64,000 nucleotides of DNA from Actinomycetota bacterium (GTDB lineage: Bacteria > Actinomycetota > Acidimicrobiia > Acidimicrobiales > JACCXE01): positions 45,272-109,271 of the forward strand of contig JBEHXL010000006.1 of assembly GCA_048498715.1 (NCBI GenBank), written 5' to 3'. The notes below the pieces were generated by a model. The model had not been told where the DNA came from, made no database searches, and was given only the letters and a program-made list of their open reading frames with translations. Position 1 is the stretch's first letter. Each line of letters starts with the position of its first letter. Position numbers and translations under genes: made by a program. Positions 56,661 through 64,000 of this stretch are shown here, one piece after another.

Positions 56661-57644
56661 CTACTTTCCGTGGACTTCGTTGAGGAACTGAAGAAGACCG
56701 GCGTTGGTCTCGGCAGGCTTCTCCTGCTGGACCCAGTGGCCGGCGTCGTCGATCAAAAGATCACCGCGGTGATCCGTCAGCCAGCTGTGCGCGACACCCG
56801 GGCCGCCCATGGCGATGACGGGATCTTGCGCGCCGGCGATGAAATACGAAGGCACTTCGATCTTCACGCCGTCGAGCTGCGGTGTCTGCTCCCAGTTGCG
56901 GTGGAAGTTGCGGTACCAGTTGATGCCGCCGGTGAAGCCGGTCTTGGCGAACGTGTCGACGTACACGTCGATCTCTTCCTGCGTGATCCAGTCGGGCAGC
57001 TCGGCCGGCGGCTCCGGCATGCGGTCGACAAAGCCGCGCCCGTCCTTCTTGTTGAACTCGGGGTCGAGCAGCGCGCCCTGCGACTCGGGGCTCATCTTCG
57101 TACCGAGCAGCAGACGCGTCATCGTGCGACGGGGATCGCGCGCCAACTCTTCGTCGGCCGGGCCGACGTCCTGGAAGTAGAGGATGTAGAAGAACTGGTC
57201 CTCGGGGATCGCCATCTTGAGACCGGCGACGACCGAGATCGGGCCACGGCCCATGTGCGGCACCGACATGTTCACCAGCGCGCGGGTGCGCTCGGGCTTG
57301 AGCATGGCGAAGTGCGACGCCACGAACGAACCCCAGTCGTGACCGACGATCACGCAGTTCTCCTCGCCCAACGCGAGCAGGATTCCCTCGAGGTCATCGG
57401 TGAGGTGCGTGATGTCGTAGTCGGTGATCTCGTCCGGGATCGACGAGCCGCCGTACCCGCGCTGGTCGGGGACGATCACGCGGTAGCCCGCCGCGGCGAG
57501 CGGCTGGATCTGATGCCGCCACGAATACGCGAGCTCCGGGAAGCCGTGGGCCAGCAGGACCGCGGGGCCACTCCCGGCGTCGAGCACGCGCAACTCGACC
57601 CCGTTGGTCTCGATGATGTGTTCAGTAACAGGCACGTCAGGCAC
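56661..57644 (-). CDS. alpha/beta hydrolase, epoxide-hydrolase-like
   Basis: HGFPELAYSWRHQ (HGxP) and nucleophile GHDWGS. GTG 57644 gives an 8-nt overlap with the upstream stop. The track ORF begins at 57677. Confidence 0.8.
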   Translation of the reverse strand: MPDVPVTEHIIETNGVELRVLDAGSGPAVLLAHGFPELAYSWRHQIQPLAAAGYRVIVPDQRGYGGSSIPDEITDYDITHLTDDLEGILLALGEENCVIVGHDWGSFVASHFAMLKPERTRALVNMSVPHMGRGPISVVAGLKMAIPEDQFFYILYFQDVGPADEELARDPRRTMTRLLLGTKMSPESQGALLDPEFNKKDGRGFVDRMPEPPAELPDWITQEEIDVYVDTFAKTGFTGGINWYRNFHRNWEQTPQLDGVKIEVPSYFIAGAQDPVIAMGGPGVAHSWLTDHRGDLLIDDAGHWVQQEKPAETNAGLLQFLNEVHGK

Positions 57645-59073
57645 TGACGGCTTCCCCTTCTTTCGACAATTCAGCAAGTAGTTCGCGCCGCGACGGACCT
57701 ACCGGCGCGTCGGGCACCGGGTACTTGTCCGGATTCGCCATGACGTCGGCCACGCGAGCCATGACGACCGGGTCGCTCATGAAGTCCTGCGGCAACGCCA
57801 GCAGGTTGAAGAATCGGGCAAAGGCGCGACCGATGACGGGGTCGGTCTGCGCAGCAATGAACAGCGCTCGCATCGGGTTGACCTCGTCCTTGCTCGCCGC
57901 CGGGCCTCCAGCGAGCGCGAATCCCTTCGGATCAGCACCCGCCTTGTCCATCATCACGGAGATGTCGAACCACGGCTCGACCTCGCGCTTCGACGCCGCT
58001 TCGAAAGCGAGCGCACGCGCGGCGGGATCGTCGAGGTTGTCGTTCAGCGTGTCGGCCAAGAGCGTCGCCTGGACGAAGGCGAGCGAGCAGCCCCGGCCGT
58101 ACAGCGGATTCGTGCAGGTATGCGCGTCGCCGACGGCCGAGAAGCCGATGACCTTGGGCGTGCCGTCCGCGTTCACGAACCCGCGCAGGCGATTGAGTAG
58201 ACCGCCCATCACCTTCACCTCGGTGCGCGGCGACGGCGTGCCCTCCTTGAAGAACAGGTCGGGGCCGGGCAGCAACGAGCATGCCTTGTCGAAGTTGTCT
58301 TCGTTCGACAGCGCTTGGCGCAGTTCGGAATCGTCGCTGCGGATGCCGAGCGTGACCGACATCGTCCCGGCGTCGCCGGGGATGCCGAGGAACTTCACGA
58401 AGCCGAGGTCACCGCCGAGCTTCGCTTCGGTGAGGTCGAGCCCACCCGGCCAGTCGTACCAGCGCGACACGTACATGATCCCGGACTCGACGATCTTCTC
58501 GTCGACCTCGACGTCGATCCCCCGCAAGAGCGCCGGGATGTCGGCCCGTCGTCCGCCGGCGTGCACCACGAGGTCGCCGAAGAACTCACGCCCGTCCTCG
58601 AGCCGCACGCCCGTCACGACCGGTACGCCATCAAGTGGCTCGCCGGTGATGAGCGAAGCGACGCCGGCATCGGTGATCGCGGTGACGTTCGGCTCGTGCA
58701 CGACGGCGTCGCGTAGCGCCCACTCGAAGGTGGTGCGACGGATGATCATCACGCGCAGGTCTTCGTCACCCGGCTGCGGCTCACCGAAGTTCCCACCGCC
58801 CGGCATGTCGAACCCGCCGGCCTCGTGCAGCTTCTCCAGAACGTCGGGGAAACGGTCCCGGAGGATCACCAGGATGCGAGCGAGGAAGCCGTGCGTCTGG
58901 TGGACCTGGGGCGCGCCGCGCCGGGGCGCGTTGAAGGCTTCCTCGGCGTCCGCGGTGGCCGGCAGCGGATCGCGCTCGAGCAGCGTGACCTTGTGGCCGG
59001 CGCGGTTCAGCGCAAGCGCAGCACCCAGGCCGCCGATCCCTGCGCCCACGATGACGACATGCTTCTCACTCAT
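57637..59073 (-). CDS. FAD-dependent oxidoreductase / monooxygenase
   Basis: ATG 59073 gives MSEKHVVIVGAGIGGLGAALALNRAGHKVTLLERD (Rossmann). Confidence 0.8.
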   Translation of the reverse strand: MSEKHVVIVGAGIGGLGAALALNRAGHKVTLLERDPLPATADAEEAFNAPRRGAPQVHQTHGFLARILVILRDRFPDVLEKLHEAGGFDMPGGGNFGEPQPGDEDLRVMIIRRTTFEWALRDAVVHEPNVTAITDAGVASLITGEPLDGVPVVTGVRLEDGREFFGDLVVHAGGRRADIPALLRGIDVEVDEKIVESGIMYVSRWYDWPGGLDLTEAKLGGDLGFVKFLGIPGDAGTMSVTLGIRSDDSELRQALSNEDNFDKACSLLPGPDLFFKEGTPSPRTEVKVMGGLLNRLRGFVNADGTPKVIGFSAVGDAHTCTNPLYGRGCSLAFVQATLLADTLNDNLDDPAARALAFEAASKREVEPWFDISVMMDKAGADPKGFALAGGPAASKDEVNPMRALFIAAQTDPVIGRAFARFFNLLALPQDFMSDPVVMARVADVMANPDKYPVPDAPVGPSRRELLAELSKEGEAVSA

Positions 59074-59100
59074 CCCAACCAGCCTCTCCAGAACGACCCT

Positions 59101-59146
59101 GGTAACGCCCGTTTCCAAAATCTACGTTATGGTAACAGGCGTTGCC
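59101..59146. promoter_or_regulatory. imperfect inverted repeat, candidate TetR operator
   Basis: GGTAACGCCCGTTTCC (59101-59116) versus the reverse complement of 59131-59146, GGCAACGCCTGTTACC: 13/16 match. Lies between divergent genes. Confidence 0.45.
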
Positions 59147-59831
59147 AAGTAGTTCCTCTGCAGTTCGCCGCGACGTTCGCTGGGTCGGTCTCTCGCCCGA
59201 CGAACGGCGTGAGGCGCGTCGCAGCCTCCTCGTGGAGGCCGGCTTCAACCTGCTCGGAACCGAGGGCACGTCGGGCACCACCGTGCGCGCCGTCTGTGCC
59301 GCGGCCGAACTCAACGCCCGTTATTTCTACGAATCCTTCGAAGACATCGACGCTCTCCTGATCGCCGTCTACGACAAGGTCGGCGCCGACATGGCCGCCG
59401 CCCTCGCCGACGTGCAGCTTCCCGAGGGCGTCGATCCGGTGAAGGCCGCACGCGTCGGCATGGACGCACTCGTCAGCTTCGTCGACGAAGACCGTCGCCG
59501 GGCCCGCATCCTGTACGTCGAGGCGCTGGGCAACGTTGCGCTCGCCCGTCACCGCGTCGCGCTCGATCAGGAAGTCGTGCTCTCGCTCGAAGCCCGCGCC
59601 ATCGAAGCCGCCGGCTCGTGGCCCCAGGGTGAGCGGGTCGGACGCGTCGGCGCCGCGATGCTCGTCGGCGGCCTCGGTGAGGTGTTGCGCGACTGGGTCG
59701 AGGGTCGTATCGAGGTGAGCCGCGAGCAGCTCGTCGACGACCTTGCGGCGCTCACGCTCGCCCTCGGCGCCGCCACCGAACAAATCGCCCGGAGTCGCGC
59801 CAAATCATCGGGTCGTAAGGGCTCGTCCTAG
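59142..59831 (+). CDS. TetR-family transcriptional regulator
   Basis: 229 aa, TTG start. LLVEAGFNLLGTEGTSGTTVRAVCAAAELNARYFYESFEDIDALL HTH region. Confidence 0.8.
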   Translation: MPSSSSAVRRDVRWVGLSPDERREARRSLLVEAGFNLLGTEGTSGTTVRAVCAAAELNARYFYESFEDIDALLIAVYDKVGADMAAALADVQLPEGVDPVKAARVGMDALVSFVDEDRRRARILYVEALGNVALARHRVALDQEVVLSLEARAIEAAGSWPQGERVGRVGAAMLVGGLGEVLRDWVEGRIEVSREQLVDDLAALTLALGAATEQIARSRAKSSGRKGSS

Positions 59832-60709
59832 GCGTTGCGGTTGCGCCAGGAACCGAACGCCGCGGCGCCAACGGCGAGCACGACGAGACCGAGAAGGACG
59901 ATCTTCTCGGCGCCGTGAATGCCCGGGCCGCCGGAATCGCCGTTGCTCGAGATCGCGACATTGCCGAGCGTGGTGTCGGTCGTCTCGTCGATGGTCGTCG
60001 CGGTTGTGTCGTTCCCGGCAACGGTCGTGACCGTGGTGTCGTCGGTGAACGGCACAGTCGTATACGTGCTCGGGTCATAGGAGGGCGTGTCGAAGGACGG
60101 TGCGGTCGTCACCGTCGTTTCGTCGGTACCGCCGGTGGGAACCGTCGTCGCCGGTGATGCGTCGATTCCCTCCACCTTGAGGATCGGGGCGGGATTGGTG
60201 GTGCCGGCCGCACCCGTCCAGTGGTCGGACGAACCGTCGGAGTACGTCTGATCCACGTTGAACTTGTACTGACCCGACGTACTGGTCGTGTGCATCTTGA
60301 ACGGGAATTGCGTCGTCGGCGTGACGCCGAACTCGGCGGGCACCGGTGACGTGTTTTCCCACGTGATCAACGTCCGGGTCGGGTTCGTCGCCGTCGATTT
60401 CGAGCACTTGAAGCCCTGCGGTGCGCTGCACGACAGCGGCGTGAAGCCGTCCGGGATCGTCAGGACGACCTTCTCGTTGTAACCGACGAGCGACTGCACC
60501 GAGGCGTTCAACACGAGGTTGACGTCGGTGTTGGACGGCACGCTCGTCTTGTCGAACTTCGCGTCGGCCGACGCGCTCCCTGCCCCCATCGCTACCAACA
60601 GCAAAGCGGCCCCACCCACAAAGACAATCCGTTTCACCGGAAAGTGTTTAGTGGGTCGGAGCCCTTTCGTGCGGGCGCGTACGTTGCGACGCTCGTTTGG
60701 GATGGTCAT
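59828..60709 (-). CDS. YcnI/DUF1775-like secreted protein with Thr-rich linker and C-terminal anchor
   Basis: ATG 60709. Signal VFVGGAALLLVAMGAGSASA. YKFNVDQTYSDGSSDHWTGAAGTTNPAPILKV resembles the DUF1775 core. C-terminal helix IVLLGLVVLAVGAAAF. Confidence 0.55.
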   Translation of the reverse strand: MTIPNERRNVRARTKGLRPTKHFPVKRIVFVGGAALLLVAMGAGSASADAKFDKTSVPSNTDVNLVLNASVQSLVGYNEKVVLTIPDGFTPLSCSAPQGFKCSKSTATNPTRTLITWENTSPVPAEFGVTPTTQFPFKMHTTSTSGQYKFNVDQTYSDGSSDHWTGAAGTTNPAPILKVEGIDASPATTVPTGGTDETTVTTAPSFDTPSYDPSTYTTVPFTDDTTVTTVAGNDTTATTIDETTDTTLGNVAISSNGDSGGPGIHGAEKIVLLGLVVLAVGAAAFGSWRNRNA

Positions 60710-60754
60710 TGCGAAAAGACAATCCGAGGCTCGGCAGAGTGCCGGAGCACCTCC

Positions 60755-61231
60755 ATGAAGTCGTTTCCGAGGCCGGATGACCGACGCGCCATTTCCCTGC
60801 TCATCGCGGCCGGCGCCATGTTCACGATCGCCGGGGGTTACGTGCACCTGCGCGAGTGGCTCGAGGCGTATCGGCACATTCCGAGCGCCGTTCCCGGGTC
60901 ATTCGTCGTGCGCGAGGGGTTCATCGTGAACGTCGTGATGTCCGTCGTTGCCTCGGTCGCGCTCGTTGCGACACTGATCAAACGGAGCAAGGCGACGCCG
61001 TATGTGATCGCCGGCGCGTTCGCGTTCCAAGCGGGCTCGCTGGTCACGCTGCTGGTGAGCCGCACGTCGAGCGTGTTCGGTTGGAGCGAGCGCGGATGGA
61101 CGCTCGGCGCCTCACAGACACGCGCCGTCGAGATCGGCGCGCTGCTCGTTCTCGGTCTGGCGCTGGTGCTCGACACCGCGCGCCGTCATCGCCTGAACCG
61201 CTCAGTCCTTCGAGCGGCTCCGTCGGCGTAG
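60755..61231 (+). CDS. small 4-TM membrane protein
   Basis: ATG 60755 gives MKSFPRPDDRRAISLLIAAGAMFTIAGG. Four hydrophobic helices. No family recognised. Confidence 0.55.
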   Translation: MKSFPRPDDRRAISLLIAAGAMFTIAGGYVHLREWLEAYRHIPSAVPGSFVVREGFIVNVVMSVVASVALVATLIKRSKATPYVIAGAFAFQAGSLVTLLVSRTSSVFGWSERGWTLGASQTRAVEIGALLVLGLALVLDTARRHRLNRSVLRAAPSA

Positions 61232-61310
61232 CCACCACACGAAAATGCCGACCGCGACCAGGTAGGGACCGAACTCGTCCCACCCGCCCTGATGGGCGAG
61301 GAAGAAGTAG

Positions 61311-62483
61311 TTACGCAACCCGGGTGAGCGTGCTTCCCATCATCTCCGCGAAGTTGTCGCAGTAGAAGCGCTGCTTGATCTCGTCGCTGCAATCGGCGAG
61401 CGAGTTGTCGAAACGACCGATCGGGTTTCGTCCACCCTCGACGTGCGGATAGTCACTGGAGAACATGCACATGCCCGGGTCGGACTGCTCGGCGATCCAG
61501 CCCGCGTCCTCGTGGGGATACGGCGTGACCTTCAACTGGCGCTTCAAGTATTCGCTGGGCTTGAGGTCCATCTGCTGCAGCCGTTCCTCGTTCTTGATGA
61601 ACGCCGTCGCGCTGGAGTCGAGCGCGCGCATGAGCCCGGGAAGCCACGACGCTCCGACCTCGATCGCGCCCCATTGCAGATTCGGGAAACGCATGAAAAT
61701 GCCGTCGATGACGAGCGTCGCCAGCGTCTGCATGACGGGGTACTGGATCGCCATGTAACTGACGCTGCGGAAGTTCCCGTCGCCACCGTGAAAGTCCTTC
61801 ACCGGCGGCAACCCGTTCTCGAAGTACATCGGGTCGAGCAACCGACCACCGCCGCCGACGTGGAACACGATCGGCACGCCGGCGTCCTGCGCCGTGGCCC
61901 ACACCGGGTCGAGCGCGATGTGCGACGGGCTGTGCGTCGTCGGGCACGAACTCGCGATCATCAGCGCCGCGGCGCCCTGATCGATCGCCTCGCTCGCCAT
62001 CGCGCTGGCGCGATCGAAGTCCGCGAGCGGCACGTAACAGACAGGCAGGAGTCGCTTGTCGACGCTGCAGAAGTCCGTGAGCGCGCGGTTGTGGGCGCGG
62101 GCGAGGCCGTACGCGTAATCGAGATCGGGCTCACGCTCGGCCTTCTCGAGCGCGCCGTTGGCGAACGTGTTGAACACGAGTTGGCTCGCGACACCGATGA
62201 GATCGAGCGCCTGCGGGCGGTCTTCGGCGATGAAGCTGCCCGTCGCCTTCCAGTTCTTGCGCAACATGATCTCTTCCTCGTCGCGGGCCCGGAACTCCGG
62301 GTCGGCGTGACGGCCGCGGAAGTGCTCGATCAGATCGGCTTCGCCCGGCGCTGTGCTCGACACGTAAAGCGGCGGAATGCGATCACGGATGTCAGGGTCG
62401 GCGTACTCCCGGAAAAATTCCGGCGTTTCGACCACATGGGCGTCGGCGTCATGAACCACGCGATCCGATGGCACGTAAGGCAT
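61311..62483 (-). CDS. amidohydrolase-family (amidohydrolase_2 / ACMSD-like) protein
   Basis: 390 aa. N-terminal VVHDADAHVVE metal-binding-like motif and C-terminal FSSDYPHVEG. Confidence 0.7.
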   Translation of the reverse strand: MPYVPSDRVVHDADAHVVETPEFFREYADPDIRDRIPPLYVSSTAPGEADLIEHFRGRHADPEFRARDEEEIMLRKNWKATGSFIAEDRPQALDLIGVASQLVFNTFANGALEKAEREPDLDYAYGLARAHNRALTDFCSVDKRLLPVCYVPLADFDRASAMASEAIDQGAAALMIASSCPTTHSPSHIALDPVWATAQDAGVPIVFHVGGGGRLLDPMYFENGLPPVKDFHGGDGNFRSVSYMAIQYPVMQTLATLVIDGIFMRFPNLQWGAIEVGASWLPGLMRALDSSATAFIKNEERLQQMDLKPSEYLKRQLKVTPYPHEDAGWIAEQSDPGMCMFSSDYPHVEGGRNPIGRFDNSLADCSDEIKQRFYCDNFAEMMGSTLTRVA

Positions 62484-62557
62484 GGACGAAGCCTATGTGG
62501 GTCCGTGTTGGGTTGCGCTTGAGGGGAATCGACGGCCGCGCGCCGAATACTGCAGGC

Positions 62558-62722
62558 ATGGTTCGCCGTTGGGTGTGGGGTCTCGTCGCAGCGTTCGCCG
62601 TCACCGCGTGCAGCGCGATCGGCGTCGCCGTCGCATCACCGGATCAGAAGCCCGCCACGGAATTCGTGCACTGCGCCGACGGGCACACCTGCCTCGCGCC
62701 GGCCGCAACCCTCGAGCGCTAG
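62558..62722 (+). CDS. possible small lipoprotein
   Basis: ATG 62558 gives MVRRWVWGLVAAFAVTAC (lipobox-like VTAC), followed by a 36-aa mature part with 2 more Cys. Short, so weak. Confidence 0.3.
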   Translation: MVRRWVWGLVAAFAVTACSAIGVAVASPDQKPATEFVHCADGHTCLAPAATLER

Positions 62723-63654
62723 GGCACCGCCGCTTCGGCCTCGACGACATCTCGGTCCGGCTTTGTCGCGGCGACCGACACGGCGGCTGCCAGTACGAAC
62801 GCGGCGCCAACCAGCTGTAGCGGTGCCAACGTCTCGTGCAGGATCACCACGCTCAGGATCACCGTGAAGACGGCCTCCGTCGTCAGGACGACCGTCGCCC
62901 GCGCCGGGCCGAGGAGCCCGAGGCACGTGAACATCATCCCGAACGCCAACGCGTTCGCCGCGCCGTTGCCGAGCAGCGCCGGCCAGTGGCCGGCGGTCGC
63001 CGCGTAGCCCGCGCCGACCAGCGCCCGCACCGTGAACGACGCGCTGGCGCCGAGAGCTACCCACGCGCCGGTCACCATGGCGTCGGACTTCTGACTGAGC
63101 CGCGCTCCGACCGTCACGTACAACGAGAACGTCATCGCGGAGAGCAACGCGAAGACGATGCCCATCTTCTGAATGCTGACGTGGCCCGCGGCACCCGCGA
63201 CCAGCGCTGAACCGCCAATCGACAACGCGAGACAGGCCACGATCCGTCGCGACGGTCTGCGCCGATCCCGCACCGACTCGATGACGGTCACGATCGCCGG
63301 GTAGATGTAGAAGAGCAATGTCACCGCAGCGGCTGAGCCGCGCGAGATTCCGGCGAAGAAGAACGACGACTCGGTCATGTACCCGATCGCGCCGAGCAGA
63401 AAGATTCCGAGCCACTCGCCCTTCACCGGCCGGATCGACTTGCCCCGCGCCGCCGTCAACGCGATGAGGATGGCGCCGCTCACGAAGAACCGGATGCTGA
63501 GAACGGTCGTCACGTCGAGATGCGCGCGCGCCAGCTTCGACCCGAAGATCACCGTCCATGCGTAACCAAGTCCGGCCGCAGCTCCCGCTGCCACCCCGAG
63601 TTGAGACGCGGGAATTCCTGACCTTTTTGGTCGGTTATTGTCTGGGACCCCCAT
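62719..63654 (-). CDS. EamA/DMT-family transporter
   Basis: 311 aa with about 10 hydrophobic helices in a two-fold repeat pattern. Confidence 0.75.
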   Translation of the reverse strand: MGVPDNNRPKRSGIPASQLGVAAGAAAGLGYAWTVIFGSKLARAHLDVTTVLSIRFFVSGAILIALTAARGKSIRPVKGEWLGIFLLGAIGYMTESSFFFAGISRGSAAAVTLLFYIYPAIVTVIESVRDRRRPSRRIVACLALSIGGSALVAGAAGHVSIQKMGIVFALLSAMTFSLYVTVGARLSQKSDAMVTGAWVALGASASFTVRALVGAGYAATAGHWPALLGNGAANALAFGMMFTCLGLLGPARATVVLTTEAVFTVILSVVILHETLAPLQLVGAAFVLAAAVSVAATKPDRDVVEAEAAVP

Positions 63655-63671
63655 ATTTCAGGAGAGAAGCT

Positions 63672-64000
63672 ATGGCACTACGACTGGGCGACGAGGCCCC
63701 CGACTTCACCGCCGAGACCACGGAAGGCACGATCAACTTCCACGAATGGCTCGGGGACTCTTGGGGCGTGCTCTTCAGCCATCCCAAGGACTACACGCCG
63801 ATCTGCACCACGGAGCTGGGCTACGTCGCAGCGATCAAGCCCGAGTTCGACAAGCGCGGCGTGAAGGTCATCGGCCTGTCCGTCGACACGCTCGACAACC
63901 ACGAGGGTTGGGCCGCCGACATCAAGGAGACCCAGGGCCACGGTCCGAACTTCCCGATCATCTCCGACGCCGACCGCAAGGTTTCCGACCTCTACGACAT
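63672..64000 (+). CDS. peroxiredoxin (1-Cys Prx/AhpC-TSA family), 3' end cut by the window
   Basis: Not in the ORF track. GGAGAG lies 5 nt upstream of ATG 63672. MALRLGDEAPDFTAETTEGTINFHEWLGDSWGVLFSHPKDYTPICTTELG. Confidence 0.9.
   Translation, partial: MALRLGDEAPDFTAETTEGTINFHEWLGDSWGVLFSHPKDYTPICTTELGYVAAIKPEFDKRGVKVIGLSVDTLDNHEGWAADIKETQGHGPNFPIISDADRKVSDLYD

Overview
High-GC (about two-thirds G+C by eye), actinobacterial-type chromosomal segment, densely coding on both strands: about 60 protein genes and 3 tRNAs. I saw no rRNA, CRISPR array or transposase. Much of the window is ordinary: two-component systems, a GMC oxidoreductase, an M20 peptidase, pheA, msrB, thiC, a Liv-type ABC importer and a TetR-controlled oxidoreductase/hydrolase cluster. 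Four regions stand out. (1) A decayed 4.8-kb integrative element at tRNA-Arg(ACG) is bounded by a perfect 49-bp direct repeat. It carries an integrase stump joined to a 5'-truncated RHS/YD polymorphic toxin. The toxin's C-terminal domain is one I cannot assign, and a 2-TM immunity candidate and a WhiB-like gene follow it. (2) A roughly 10-kb block between two tRNA-Ser genes holds a 1720-aa secreted Ig-repeat/beta-propeller protein. Divergent from it is an operon of two WxL-like secreted paralogues, a DUF916-like anchored protein and a GH2 beta-mannosidase. This is my best candidate for an undescribed actinobacterial cell-surface complex. (3) Three tandem membrane-bound class III nucleotide cyclase paralogues are chained by identical TGATG stop/start overlaps. 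(4) An ABCG-like exporter with a coupled secreted protein sits beside a PspC-kinase/regulator/PspC-LiaF envelope-stress module. All functional calls come from reading translated motifs and DNA by eye. No database search or folding was run, several start codons are uncertain, and many long ORFs in the track are antisense or alternative-frame shadows typical of high-GC DNA.
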